Source: the human T2T-CHM13v2.0 reference genome, Homo sapiens
Length of the DNA: 64,000 bases
Assembly (NCBI RefSeq): GCF_009914755.1
Contig: NC_060947.1
Direction: 5' to 3' (one strand)
The translations under genes were made by a program, and so were the position numbers. Under the pieces are notes generated by a model. The model was given only the letters and a program-made list of their open reading frames with translations. It made no database searches and was not told where the DNA came from. Each line of letters starts with the position of its first letter. Within the stretch, counting starts at the first letter, position 1. Positions 1-12,993 of this stretch are shown in pieces.

Positions 1-245
1 TTACTCCAATCTCTATCTTCATTGTCATGTGGCCTTCTCACTGTGTGTCTCTGCGTCTTTGTCCAAATTTCTGTCTTCTCATGAGGATACCAGCCATATT
101 AGATTAGGGCCCACTCTACTCCAGTATGACCTCATCTTAACTAATTACATCTACAATGACCCTATTTCCAAATAAGATGACATTCCTGAGGTACTTGGGA
201 TTAGGGTTTTAACAAATTATTTTTGGCACAATTCAACCCATAACA
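1..245 (-). mobile_element. MaLR LTR fragment (MLT1B/MLT1C-like), cut by window start
   Basis: Reverse complement begins tgttatgggttgaattgtg... and continues ...atttggaaatagggtc...gtaattagttaagatgaggtcatactggagtag, the typical MLT1 LTR 5' end. Confidence 0.85.
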
Positions 246-1619
246 AGTACGAGCCATGGCTTTCTTTTCCTGGGCGTAATTTGATAAATTACACTTAAAA
301 AAAAAAAGTTATCACACCAAGCATCAAAACGCATATATAAATGTTGACAAAAACACACAAAAATATCTTAATCAGTGGTATAGTATTTGATGATTTCTAT
401 CTATACTACAAATGGCTGGTGGGTTGAGTTTTTTGTGTATACTTTTGAAGCATTTTCTTGTAAGTAGACATGTGTTCTCCCGTAAATAATCTCTCATTTT
501 TGAGGGATACCAAAACCTCTTAGCTCCTAAGGGGAGGGGAGGTTACTAAGGGTGGAAATTTTTGGAAAATATCTTCAGGCATATATTTGTGTCTTTCGTA
601 ATGTGGATCTGGATACCACAAAGCTGGAATTGGATCCATGTTTGAATGTGATTCTCAGGAGCAGTTGCTTTTGGAGGGTACTTAGAGAGATTTTGTGATG
701 AGAGAGGAGTAATCAGAAGGCATTTCCTTTCAACTGGGGTAAGAGTGTAAGTTTAGCTTTGGGGCGTGACCTTGTTCAGTGCTTTGTAACACAAATCCCC
801 ATTACATTCATAACAACAGGGCTTGCAGGAGGCCTTTGAGTAAATAATGGGTTCAATGTAAGGAGCATTTAGTGAGCAGTTACTCTTTGCAAGGTCCTTT
901 ATTATGTTGGACACAGAGAGGAGTCGATCATTACACTCCAGGGAATCTAGCCTAGTTCAAGTAAAAATAATACTGGCAACCTACTTTGTGCAAGGCACGG
1001 TAAAGATACTGGTGATATAAAGGTGATGAAGAAGGGAAGAAGAAGGAGGAGGTGGAGGAGGAGAAAACATCACAGGGGCATTCAATTTCTAGTGAAAGGG
1101 GGAAGGCAAGTAGGAAGGCTCATATAATTCAGCATATTCAGGCCTGTGGGAAGACAGACAAGGTGCAACTAGCACAGCCTGGGACTTCAGGCAGGACCAC
1201 CACATTGCATGATTCTGAGGAACACTAGTCACATAACTTGCAATACGAGGGTCCTGGTTCTGTGGGAAGGTGCTGCTGCCTTAGCTGATTAAACGGTGAA
1301 TTAGAGTCAGCCAATAACATATGGAGAACAGATCCACCCCCATTTCATACTGTTCTGCAAATTAGACAAAGTACCCCTTTGTCTAGGTGTGTGCAGCCTT
1401 TGAAATGGAATATAAGAAGTTTGGACCTGATTCTGCCAGTGGGGAGTGGGGAATTGCCTTGACTGTACTGGGCAGAGTATCAAAGTAGTAACATTAGAAA
1501 AGTTGCCAAGGTATCAATACAAAGAACAATGGAAGGGGAAGAGTGTGGAAGCAGTGAAGCCAGTTAGAGGCTATTATAAAGGTTCAGGAAGAGGAGGATG
1601 CTGTCATCTCTGACCAGGT

Positions 1620-2078
1620 CAGTAGCTTGGTCTTCGCACTCCTTATCTAGTCCTGCTACAACCTATTTTCAACCCAGCAGATAAAGTCAGTGTTTTCAAG
1701 CATAAGACAAATCATGTCATTCCCCTGCATATACCCTGTCAGTGGCTTCTTATTACCTCCTCACATCACTGATCTTGGCATTCAAGGCTTGGAGATGGCA
1801 TAGCCTCCCTCTTCCAGTTCACCCCATCCCACTCTTCCCTTTTATTTTCTGGGATCTAGTCAAACCGCTTTCTTTTCAGCATTTGAAACACAAAAAGCTC
1901 TTATCTTCTTTAAGACCTTTGCATGGACTTTTTCCTTCAGCTTGGAAAGCTTTTCCCCAGATCTTGTTATCATCCTAATCTTTCAGATCTCAGATAAAAT
2001 GTCTTCTACTCAGAGAGGTCTTTACTTTATCACTTTACTTAAAGCATCCTTTCTGTTACCCTATCTCCTCATCCTACA
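1620..2078 (+). mobile_element. L2 LINE 3' region fragment
   Basis: L2-like text (aaatcatgtcattcccctg...cagtggcttc...tcagagaggtcttt); appears to resume at ~4950 after nested insertions. Confidence 0.7.
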
Positions 2079-2302
2079 TGGTGGACACTGTTAACTGACT
2101 ACATAGCGTGAATTCCCTCTTCCTGCCTAAATGGGACACTGCTTGTGTTCATGTGTTTAACTGTCTCCCATTCAACTCTGTGTCTTAAAGGAATCTGATG
2201 CTGCCATAGTTGCAAGAATGGGCATGCTTAGTATACAGGTAACTGTATTTTACTTGCTAACTGTTGGTTGAGGAATGGACATGAGACCCAACTCTAGACA
2301 AT
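2079..2302 (+). mobile_element. Old MaLR LTR (MLT1J/K-like), 5' piece
   Basis: tggtggacactgtt start; ends in catgagacccaactctagacaatg, and the consensus continues at ~3457 (aatgagacatgaggagaagcctg). Confidence 0.55.
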
Positions 2303-2571
2303 GCATTCATTCACGCAAGAGATGTGTTCTGTGTGATGATGGAGAAGAAAGAGATTGATTAGAACAAAGTCCTTGGTTAAGTGAGGGATGATGAAGTGTA
2401 CTGTACGGTACATTCATAGAAATTGGAGGGAAGGCAGGCTGTGTGCAAATGCAAGTAGGTGTGAGCTCATTCAAGTTTTCTTCTATTTTCTTATTGAAAT
2501 AGGAAGTAAGGTCATCAACTGATAGTAAGGTGGGGGAGGAAGAGTTCAAAGTATGAGGAAAGAAACAAAGG

Positions 2572-3266
2572 TATATTAGTCAAGGTTCTCCAGAGAATAG
2601 TACCAATAATTTTTATATATATTATATTAAATATAATATATATAAATATAATATATAATATATAAATATATTATATATTATATAAATATAATATATATTA
2701 CATATAATATATATATAAATTCTATATATATAATGTCTATATATAAATAATATATGTGTGTATATATATATTATGTATTATATAGTATATGTGTGTGGTG
2801 GGGGGAGGAGATTTAGAGATTTATTATGGGAATTGGCTCATGCAGTTATGGAGTCTAGAAGTCCATGATCTGCCATCTGCAGGTTGGAGAACCAAGAAAG
2901 TCAGTGGTGTAATTTAGTCTGAGTCCAAAGGCCTGAGAACCAGGGGGCCTGCTGGTTTAAGTTCTAGAGTCTGAAGGCCTGAGAACCAAAAGCTCCAATG
3001 TCTGAGAATAGGAGAAGATGAACATTTCAGCTCAAAAAGTGAAAGAATAAATTCCTCCTTCCACGACCTTTGTGTTCTATTCGGACACTCAACAGGTTGC
3101 ATGATGACCACCCACACTGGGGAGGGCAGGTCTTTACTCAGTCTAATGATTCAAAGGCTAATATCTTCCAGAAACACTCTCACAGACACATCCAGAAATA
3201 ATATTTCACCAGCTATCTGGACATACCTTAGACCAGTCAAGTTGTCACATACAATTAATCATCACA
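2572..3266 (-). mobile_element. ERVL solo LTR (MLT2B-like) with internal TA-rich tract
   Basis: tatattagtcaaggttctccagaga...aagttgtcacatacaattaatcatcaca; near 5-bp TSD aaagg/gaagg. Confidence 0.9.
2612..2790. repeat. (TA)n-rich low-complexity tract
   Basis: Directly visible degenerate TA/TAATA repeats inside the MLT2 LTR. Confidence 0.95.
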
Positions 3267-3520
3267 GAAGGTATAAAAGAGTTTTCCAGAAGAGTAGAAG
3301 AAAGAATGGAGTCAGGAAATATGATTGCAAGGCAGCATTAAGAGTTCACCTAAGGCAATGGCCATTAACTTCAAGTGAGACCAGTCCTTACCGTGGTAAG
3401 GTTTTCTCTTGGCACATTCAGCTGAATGGGTAGAGACATGAGTAAAAGATGGATATAATGAGACATGAGGAGAAGCCTGTTGCAGAATTTCTGGTAAGAC
3501 TTTCCTGTCATTTATTTGAG

Positions 3521-4691
3521 TAGGAGTAGATCCAGATCATGTGGGAACTAAAGCTTTTACAGTTTGAGGGGAGTACTCTTTGATAAAAGCAATTCAAAAT
3601 TGCAAGCATAAAATTGTTTATGGGATTTCATATTTAAAATGAGAACATAAATCATAAGTTATAACTTTTAAAAATCTGACATCACAGGTTCAGCAAAGCA
3701 ACTCATTGTTTTTATCAGCTGCCTTGCAGACTGTTATATATTTTTTCCCTAGACTTTTTTTGGCCGAAACTCTTTGATCACCTCTTTTAATGACAATGAT
3801 TTTGTAATATTTTCTACAGAATGATAAATTAGTGTTTCCTCTAACATGGTTGATTAAAATTTTATTTTTTTCTCATTAGTAATTTAGAAGCATTACTTTG
3901 AGCTTCGGAACTTGATGTTAGTACTATCAGATAGATTTTTAGAATTGTCACATTTGGGGAAAACCTTTATCAAATTTCTTTCATTAATGTTGAAAGAAAA
4001 GTTTTTCAGGTCTTCTTGTGCAAAGATTACTCTTTGAATTAAGACACTTATAAACCAGTTTGTGGAATGGCCTCCTACAAATGGCAAACTCAGTTTTATA
4101 TTCATTGTCAGTATCATTAGTTCATAGCAAATTACAAAAAAATTTAAGTATTTTCTCCAATATGTTTATGTGATTCACTCCTCTTCATTAAGTGGAATAT
4201 CAAAAAACCCAAGTCTTTCTGTTGGATGTTTATAATTATGATGCTGATATAGGAGAAAATTTCAGTTTTGATAAGTTTGAATGAAAACCAAAATTTCCCC
4301 TTATAATTTTATGTTTGATGGTTGGAAGAATTTTTCACAGAGTAGCTTCTGGCTCTGATTGTTTCAAACCTTGTTTGTTTTCCAATTCCACATATTTCTG
4401 GTATCGGGCTTTGTAGGATAATACTGTGATATGATCTCTGCCCAGCACCTTCATTTCCCTAAAATTCCCAGTGCAACCTGCCCCAAGGGAAAGTGTAACA
4501 AGAGATTTTGGAGTAGAGAGAGTGGCTTTAACTGAAAGTGGTCAAAATCTTATCTTTTCAAATTTTATGAAAACCTATGACCTTGTGAACACATTGCTAG
4601 GCCCTACCTAGAGCTTTGAAAGGAGCCTGTTCAAGTGAGGGACCCTAAAGCTTGATTAATCTTCATTAGCATCACAATAAAGTTTCCCCTG
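3521..4691 (-). mobile_element. hAT-Tip100 DNA transposon (Zaphod-like), internally deleted, with transposase C-terminal remnant
   Basis: Both termini resemble Zaphod ends (taggagtagatccag...; ...gtgagggaccctaaagctt...cccctg). Minus strand ~3750-3960, read across frameshifts, gives FPNVTILKIYL...SEAQSNASKL...STMLEE...ENITKSLS, like the hAT dimerisation domain. Confidence 0.8.
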
Positions 4692-4945
4692 TTTTGTGAG
4701 AGGCCCAAAAGAAAAATGACTTTGTTGTATCTTCAGGTGATACCTAAAATTGCTGCAGCATCTTCCTCCCAGGCTGAGGATGAAGCCAGTTTCAAAGATG
4801 ACGGAGCAGTGATAGAGACTACATGGATCCTTGATATTGTTGAGTCATTATTGAACCAATTCTGGAGCCTACCTTACCTCTGGACTTTATTCCTTAAATG
4901 ATTTTGAGTTGGAGTTTCTATTACATATAGCTGAAAGCTTCCTAA
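4692..4945 (+). mobile_element. Old MaLR LTR (MLT1J/K-like), 3' piece
   Basis: gctgcagcatctt...gaggatgaagcc...ttgagttggagtttctattacatatagctgaaagcttcctaat matches an MLT1J/K 3' end. Confidence 0.65.
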
Positions 4946-4949
4946 TTTC

Positions 4950-5153
4950 CTTTGTCTACTCTCCTTTCCTCTAAGTACTTCTCAATTTCCAAAATTATCT
5001 TTTGAGTTTACCTGTTTGGGGCTTTATTGTCTATCTAAATGTAAGTTTTACAAGACTTTATTCTGTCTACTACAGTATCTACAAAACCAAAAACAGTGCC
5101 CAGCTCATAGTAAATGTTCAATAAGTATTTGTTGAATTAGATGAATGAATAAA
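4950..5153 (+). mobile_element. L2 3' terminus
   Basis: acagtgcccagctcatagtaaatgttcaataagtatttgttgaattagatgaatgaat is the L2 tail. Confidence 0.85.
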
Positions 5154-5944
5154 CAAAGTGTGGTGTTAACAGTGAGTGAGGCTGGCAATGAGTCCTCACT
5201 TTTATTATGTTTTGCACTCTCAAATATGTACACTACAGAAAAGAGGCCATTTCAGTGAAAATATTCACCTGGTTATTGTGATTGCTATGTTGAAGCATTG
5301 TTATTGCAGACATTTCTTCATTCTACTCAGGACCAAGGGCCCACTGATTTCCTCCTGCCAACAAAGGCCAGGATGCTCTGGGGGCTGAATGTGCAAGCCC
5401 AAAGGTTGTATTGTCTTGTTTCCATATATAGTATTAAATTATGGGCTATCCAACAGTTAAAGAAGCTAGACCTCTTGGTAGGGAAAAGAAATAAAACATT
5501 TTCTTTGGAGAGTAACTTTTGGCTCCTAAGTATGCTTTGTTCTTCACAACCCATCTGTCACCATGTTCTGACATTTCCTTGAACAGAACATCATGTGTAT
5601 TTGCCCTCATCTCTTTATTCCCTGAGTAGGCTCCTTCCTGGAGTTATCTAGTGTCCTCAGCACTTTCACAAATATTCTTCAACAACCCACTCTCCATCTC
5701 TGGCCAGATTCATCCTTAATTTCTCACATTAATGACTGCTTTCTACCAAGGAGCCTTTAGTGGCTTCCTGGGGTCCTGGAGGTTAAAGCTGTATTAGTTT
5801 CCTCTCAGCTTTAAGGAAAAGATATTAGATTCCCTGGATACAATTGGCAACTATAGTCTTGGTGCTAGTGACAGCAGCCAATTCCTATTGCAAGGCACAA
5901 GACCACTCCATGAACTAGAGAAAACTGCCTAAGTACTGACTCAT

Positions 5945-6770
5945 CCATTTACTCTGTATTTATTTATTTATTTATTTATTATTTACTGGGCACTTACTGT
6001 GTACCAAACACTATGGACTAAGCTGGAGATACAGAATCAGGCACAGTCCTTGCCCTGAAGGTGCTCACTGTCTGGTGGAAAAAACACACATAAACTGATG
6101 TTTACAATTCAGTGTAACGAGGGTAGATGAATGTTAGAAGAGCCCTTTGGAGGGTCATCTAGCCCCCTCATGGTGATGTAAGGAGGAAAATCCTATGGTA
6201 ATCTAGCAAGGATGAGTACAAATTAGCCCCTTTTTGATAGAGTATTGAAGTAAGGTATTCCAGAATAGGGAACAGCATGCACAAAGCCCTGAAAGACAGA
6301 ATGTATATAGCACATTCAAAGAATGAAGAAAATCAGTATGGTTGGTGAAAGAGTTGTGAGAATAGGGTTAGTAGATAGATGAAGCAGGAGAGGCAACAAA
6401 GAACCAGAGCATGAAGAACTGTTAACGTATTAAATGTGTCTTTAAGAATTTAGACTTTGGCTGAAGAGAAGTGGGTAAGTACTGATGGGTTTTCAACATG
6501 GAAGTGGCATGGTCAAATGTGCGTTTTAGAAACATCACTATGGCTTCAATGAGGAAAATTGATTGGAGAGGATTCCTGTGATAGGGAGCGTGGCTAGGAG
6601 ACTGGTGTAGCAGCTTAGGTGAGAGATAATGGTGACCTGATCTATGATTTTAAAGGTGAATATGGAAAACATGAACATATTTGAAATATATTTTGGAGAC
6701 GTAGTTTACAGGAATTGGTGACTAATTTAGTTGTCTGGGAGTTGAAGCAGGGGGTGAAGTTAAAGTAGGG
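5945..6770 (-). mobile_element. L2 3' region
   Basis: (ATTT)n tail then atttactgggcacttactgtgtacc...cacagtccttgccctgaagg; further L2 pieces at ~7790-8790. Confidence 0.8.
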
Positions 6771-6781
6771 ATGGGGGTAGG

Positions 6782-7780
6782 CAATAATTTCTTAAATGGA
6801 AAACAAAAAGCACTAGAAAATGAAATTTTAATAAAAATACATACGTTGACTTTATTAAAATTAGGAACTTCTATTTGTCAAAAGATGCCATTCATAGAGT
6901 GAAAAGGCCAAGTAAGGACTAGGAGAAGATGATTTGAACTCATATCTAGAATATATAAAGAAATTATATACATTAAGAAGAAAAAGCCAACCCAATTTAA
7001 AATTTGGGTAAAAGACTTGAACAATCACTTTACAAGAGGATTTCTAAATGGTCAATAAGCATATGAAAAGGTGCTCAACATTACTAGTCATGAGGGAAAT
7101 TTACATTAAAACCACAGTGAGATATCACTATACTCCCAGCAGAATGGCTAAAATTAAGAAGGCTAACAATATCAAGCTTTGGCAAAGATGTGGAACAATT
7201 AGACCTCTCGTACACTGATGGTAGGAGTATAAATTGGTATAACCAGTTTGGAAAACTGATCAGCAACATCTACTAAAATTAAACATGTATCTACCCTGTG
7301 ACTCAAAAGTTCAACTCCTGGGATAAATAGAGGACTATGTTTACCAAAAGATGTGTATAAAAATATTGATGTCATTCTTATGAGCCCCAACTGGAAAAAT
7401 GCAGATCTCCATCAACAGTAGAATGGACAAACAAGTTGTGGTATATTCATAAAATAAAATACTACAGAGAAATAAAAAGGAACAAATAACTGACAGATAA
7501 AATCACATAGATACATCTCACAGATATAATGTTTATGAATGACAAATGAGTACCTACAATATGATCCCATTTATCTGAGCAGGCACGACTAATAAAAAGT
7601 TATAGATGTCAAAAGAGTGGTTATCTTTAGATGTTGGTACTGACTGGGAAGGAGCACTAGGGAGCCTTTGGGGCACTAAAAATCTTCCACATCTTGAGAG
7701 GGGGAGTGGTAACATGGGTGTACACACATGCAAATATTCATTGAACTTTATACTTAGATTGTTTGCACATTGTTTGAACA
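6782..7780 (+). mobile_element. Old L1 (L1ME/L1MC-like) ORF2 end and 3' UTR
   Basis: aagcatatgaaaaggtgctcaacattactagtcatgagggaaat...gatatcactatactcccagcagaatggctaaaatt is the degraded L1 ORF2 C-terminus. Confidence 0.85.
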
Positions 7781-8246
7781 TAATTATAGTACTTTGGGAC
7801 AGGCATAGGGGTTTTAGAGAGAAGATGACATCAAATTTGGACATTTTGAGTTGTAAGTACATAAACACATTGAAATATATCAAACCGAAACTTGGGAGAG
7901 AGATCTAGACTTGATTCTTCAATTAGAGGCTGTTTTCCACACACAAGTTTATATGGAGGCCGTAAAACAGGATAAAAGCATGCAGTCCATAAGATTCAGA
8001 ATAATGAGTGATCTTTGCTTTTAGAAACCCTTATGCAAAAATATAGTGTGGAATAATGAATAACATTGTTAAAAAAATAGATCAGTTGATGGAGGGTCTT
8101 AAATCTTGATCGGGAGAGTTGGAATTTGACTTGAGGTGTAGTGGGAAGCTTTGTGGGTTCTTGAGCTTGGGAGGAAGAAAATCAACATGCTTTTAAAAGT
8201 AGATAATTCTTGTAGCCATGGGAAAGATAAACAGGAGCACACCAAG

Positions 8247-8596
8247 TGTATTAGTCTGTTTTCATGTTGCTGATAAAGACATACCTGAGACTGGGCAATT
8301 TACAAAAGACAGAGGTTTAATTGGATTTACAATTCCACGTGGCTGGGGAAGCCTCACAATCATGGCAGAAGACAAGGAGGAGAAAGTCACTTCTTACATG
8401 GATGGCAGCAAGCAAAGAGAGCTTGTGCAGGAAAACTCCTACTTACAATAACCATCAGATCTTGTGAGACTTACTATCAGGAGAATAGCACAGGAAAGAC
8501 CTGCCTCCAGGATTCAGTTACCTCCCACTGGGTCCCTTCCACAACACATGTGAATTCAAGATGAGATTTCGGTGGGGATACAGCCAAACCATATCA
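8247..8596 (-). mobile_element. THE1 (THE1B/C-like) solo LTR
   Basis: tgtattagtctgttttcatgttgctgataaagacatacctgagactggg...cagccaaaccatatca; perfect 5-bp TSD ccaag (8242-8246 / 8597-8601). Confidence 0.95.
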
Positions 8597-8856
8597 CCAA
8601 GTCTGACGAGGGAAGGGCCAGTGAGGAGGCCAGCTGCAGTCATTTAGGCTTGATGTCAGAAAGGCCTGGCCAGAGAAGTGCCAATGAGAATGAAAAGGAG
8701 AAGATGCAAGACCAAGAAAGTGTCAGGAAAGAACCAACAAGACTTGGTGGCTGATGGTGTATGGATATGAGGGATAAAAAAAATAAAAGCCTAACTCCAG
8801 CTGAAATAATTTGAGTTAGCAGACTTCTTCAAGCCAGCACTTGAACCTATTTCATA

Positions 8857-8950
8857 GTTATTGAGTGCATTTAATGAGGTAACACATGTAAAGTGGTTAG
8901 CACAATGCCTCACACATGCTAAGTATTCAATTAAGTTAGCTGCTATTATT
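8857..8950 (+). mobile_element. MIR 3' fragment
   Basis: ttaatgaggtaacacatgtaaagtggttagcacaatgcctcacacatgctaagtattcaattaagttagctgctattatt. Confidence 0.8.
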
Positions 8951-8951
8951 C

Positions 8952-10065
8952 TATCCACAGCTGCTCACTGCTAGAGAAATTTATGCAACCAGGCAGGTTG
9001 GTTCCTCTTTAAATTCCTGGTTACCAACCTCAAATGGGTCCTTAACCCGGCTTACTCCTTCACCCACTGTACCCACTGTTTTTAATCTTTTTACCCTCCT
9101 CAAGCACCTTGCCCTGCTTCACACTTTCTGTCTAAGCGTCACCTAGCCTGTCACATTACAGAGAAAACAGATGCCATCAGAACATCTGTTGATCCTCCCT
9201 CAACAGTTCACCACCCCAGTCCACATGTGTGTTTCTTTCCCATCCGGTCCTCACCTGCTGTTACCATAAAGAGGTGTGCTGTATCAAAGACCAGTACCCT
9301 GGAAAGCACCACTTCTAACCCCCACACTTGTCTCTTTAACCTCCTCATCTCTGGATCAGAGAAGGTAAAAGCAAGGGCTCTTACTGCCCAGATTTGCACA
9401 CTGGCTTTGTCACTTACCAGCTGCGGAACACTGGGTAAGCCTCTTAACCTCTCGGCACCACCGTGTCCTCAACTGTAAAATGGGGACAATAAACATATCA
9501 TCTGATAAGGTTGCTGTGAAGCTTCAATTAGATTATACATGAAAAGTGCTTAGCCAGTGTCCAGTATATGTTAGCTAATGGTATTATCTATTGTTCCTTG
9601 AGTCTTTCTATCAGAATTCTAATATTCTCAAGTGTCTTCCATCGTAAAAACAAAAAAGCTCCCACATACTCTTCCAACTATTGCCTTCTGTATTTGCTGC
9701 AACATAACAACTGAACAAATAATGTGTACACATTACAGTCATTTCCTTTCCTCCCCAATTATTCTTCAGATGCTTCCAAACTTGTCAAAGTCACCAATAA
9801 TTAAAATGTTGCAGGATCTAACAGACACTCTTCTGTCTTCATATTATTTAACCATTCAGCAGAATTTCCATGGCTTCTTGGGCCTGCCCTCGTCCATTAA
9901 CCGCTCACTGCCATTGATTTTAGGATTTTCTGTGATCTTGGTTTTCCTCCTACCACTTTATCAGATCTTGCATAATCTTCATTGCCCAATCCACCTCTCC
10001 CTGAATTTTAGTTACCAATGTTCTTATGGCCCTGTTCTAGGCCCTCCCATAACTTCAATTACCAC
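8952..10065 (+). mobile_element. L2 ORF2 fragments (interrupted by a MIR)
   Basis: Pyrimidine-rich degraded L2 ORF2 text; accounts for ORF 9632-10207. Confidence 0.65.
9360..9590 (+). mobile_element. MIR
   Basis: Core ctgggtaagcctcttaacctctc...tcaactgtaaaatggggacaat...gaaaagtgcttag. Confidence 0.85.
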
Positions 10066-10067
10066 CT

Positions 10068-10420
10068 GCTTTAGTCAGGATGAGCTGTTATATTGTGGTC
10101 AGAAATTAGTCCTGAAATATCAGAGATTGAAAAAAAAACAATTTATTTCACACTCATGGCCAATGCAGGGACACTGGATGACATTTTATCACTTCCCAAT
10201 CTCATGATATGGCCTCAGTGTCCACTACATCAGGGAATCTCAAACATGGAAAACTCCCACTTCCCCCATAACTACTTCCAACTTTACAGTGACATGTGTC
10301 ACTTTCACAGCCAAACTTAGATATACCGTTTGAATTCACTTTAAGGGAGGCTGAGAAGTCATATTATGTGCCAAGGAAGGAGAAGAGAGCTGATTATGGT
10401 GAGTTCTGACTATTTGCACC
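10068..10420 (-). mobile_element. Old MaLR LTR (MLT1J/K/L-like)
   Basis: ttagtcaggatgagctgttatattgtgg...aatttatttcacactcatg...gacatgtgtcacttt. Confidence 0.55.
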
Positions 10421-10496
10421 AAACTATCTATATGCCAATTAACTCGCCAAATGATACGTCTAGCTCAGACCTCTCTTCTGACTTCCAAATCTATTT

Positions 10497-11010
10497 AAGT
10501 TGGGATTCCTGGTTGCAAATAATAGAAATCTAACTCAAATGATTTATGGATATAACATAATTTGTTTTCCAGATTATTAAATTGTCTTAAGAAAGCTAGA
10601 GTCTGGGATATCTGCCAGAATTGAACTGGAACCAAGAAAACTAGAACCCAAGAAGGACTCTGTCCATCTAGTGCTGTATTCCTCTCTGTGTGCATCTACT
10701 TCATGATTTCCCTTTGCTTGTACCTGAATGTTTCTGCTCCTAGTTGACATTTCAGAACACAGTCACTACCATCCTTTGAATTTCCAAGTCCTCTGTTTTA
10801 TCTGGCAGAAGAGAGTGTGACTCCTCTTTATCAGCCCTGTGTCTCAAATGCTAGGAAAGAATGTTGATTGTTTCAGCCTAGGATAGGTGCCAGCTCCCTG
10901 GCTATATCACTGTGTGTAGGGGCTCTGCAGCTAAGCTAGTGATGGAGAGTGGGCAGCAGAAGGGCAGTTCAGAGAAATGAAGGACAATTTGGGGATAAAC
11001 AAGACAATAG
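10497..11010 (-). mobile_element. Old MaLR LTR (MLT1K/L-like)
   Basis: ggattcctggttgcaaataatagaaatctaactcaa...gattgtttcagcctaggataggtgcc. Confidence 0.55.
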
Positions 11011-11029
11011 ACGTCAAGTAAAAAATTCA

Positions 11030-12040
11030 GTAATACATTTAGCCAAGAGTTCATGAAAATCTATTATATACCCAATCCTGTTCTGGGCACTGGGCATGCC
11101 TTACTGAATGAGATAGAGCCCCTGCCCTCGAAGAGGTATATTCTTATGGAGAATAATAACAAAGAAATAAATAACATAATTTGAGGTGATAAGAAATACT
11201 AGGAAGGAAAATAAAATGAAGTAAATGGAATAATGAGTGAAAGGTAGTGCTACTTGAGATAGGATGATGAAGGACATGACTTCTGAAAAGGTGGCATTTG
11301 AACAGAGCCATGAATGAAATATGATAGCAATGCATGAGAATATCTGGAAGGTAGAGTGTTCCAGGCCAAGGGAAGAGAAAATACAATGGCCCTAAGGGAT
11401 AAATGAGCTGGAGGAGTTCTAGGAAAAACAAGAAGAGTAAGTGAGGGTCAGAGTGGTAGGAGCTGAGCCTGGAGAAACAGGCAGGGTCAGGTTATGCCTA
11501 GTTGGCTCTGTTAAGGACTTTGGATTTAAATCTGAGTGCAGAGGGAAGTCTTTGAAGAGATTTGAGAAGCAGGAAGATATGATTTTATTTACATTTTTGG
11601 AAGATCATTCTGGCTGCACTGATGATAAATCCCCTAGTGGCGTGAGAGTAGAAGCAGGAAGCCCAAGTAGGGGGCTGCGGCAGTTGTTCAAGTGAGAGAG
11701 GACAGTGACTAGAGCTAGAGGGATCACAGTAGAGGTGGTGAACAGAAGTGTTTGGACCGTGGGCGCATTTTGAAGAAACAGCTGTCAGAACCACCGATAG
11801 ATTGGATGTGAGGAGCGAGAGAGAGAGAGAGGAGAGTCATAGGTTTTCAGCTGGAGCACCCAGATAGATGGTGGTACCATTTACTGTAATGGGGAAGATG
11901 AGGAGAAGCTGTTCATTCCTGTGGGAATGAACAAGATTAAGTTATGCTTCTTTGGATAAATTAAATTTCAACAGACAGCTATCAATAAGGTGGGAGCCAT
12001 TGGTGTATAGATAATATAAATCCAAGGGACTCAATGTGTC
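11030..12040 (-). mobile_element. L2 3' ~1 kb
   Basis: Well-preserved antisense L2 (ggactttggatttaaatctgagtgcagagggaagtctttgaagagatttgag...gatcattctggctgc). Confidence 0.9.
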
Positions 12041-12059
12041 ATGAGCACACCAAAAGATG

Positions 12060-12990
12060 GATGCTTGAAACCAAGCTCTCAAGCTTCCCACACCCTCTCT
12101 TCAACCTGTGTCTCCTCCGGTAATCCCTAGTTCAGTAGAACATATCACCACATACAAGATTGTTCCAGTGAAAAAACCCGCATGTCATTGTTACTTTTTC
12201 CTCTTCATGCCCAAACACCCAATTTATCACCAAGTTGTAATTGATTTCAAAGGCAAAGTTTCTCTTGAATCCTACGATTTCTCACTAAAACAATTGTGTC
12301 TTTTCCCTGCTCAAAACTATTTGAGGGCTTCTCATTGCTTGAAGATAAATCCAAACCCTTCCCACAACTCACAAGGCTTTGAATGAGTGAACCACTGTGG
12401 TCCTCTCAAGCTTTATTTTATATCTCACAGGGTTCTTCCTGGTGCCCTCACTCCTGTCGCACCAGCCTTTTTTCAGTTCCTTGAACACACCATAAACTCT
12501 CTCCTCCAGACCTCATTTGTTGTTCCTGAAACACTCTTTCTCCACCTCTGTGTAAGTTAATTTCTTTTTTTTTTAAATAGACATTATAGCATAGTGGTGA
12601 CAAGGACAGGCTCTGCAGCTTCAGAATCTTGGAGAATTACCTAAATTTGCTGTATGCCTCAGTTTCTCTATTTGTGCAATGACGATAAATGGCTTTTGTG
12701 AGGATTAAGTGCGTTCAATCATGTAAAGCCCTTCAAATAATACCTGGCGTGGAGCAATTGCCCAGGAAACAGGTGCTCTTATTCATTCATTCAGGTGCAG
12801 TTTCAATGTCCTGTCCTCAGAGAGGTCCTTTTATGATGCCAGCTGCCCCAGACATGGTTAGGTCTCCCTGGTGGATGTGCCCATGGTCCACTGTACATAT
12901 CTCTATCTCCCTTATCACAATTATAGTAATTTAATGTAACCCTGAAATTACAGCTCCTCCAATGCTGGGCTGTCTTGTTCTATCTTTCTC
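12060..12990 (+). mobile_element. L2 3' region interrupted by a MIR (~12580-12782)
   Basis: L2 text either side of a MIR core (gcctcagtttctctatttgtgcaatg...tgtgaggattaagtg). Confidence 0.7.
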
Positions 12991-12993
12991 TAA

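Larger units (their letters stand above)
2303..3456 (-). mobile_element. L2 fragment interrupted by an MLT2 LTR
   Basis: Starts with the reverse L2 tail cattcattca; minus ORF 2307-2549 contains LSVDDLTSYFNKKIE, resembling L2 ORF2; sequence continues after 3266. Confidence 0.65.

Noticed and set aside
9632-10207. 191-aa ORF
   Set aside because: Lies over degraded L2 and MLT1 sequence, has a non-ATG start and no recognisable domain.
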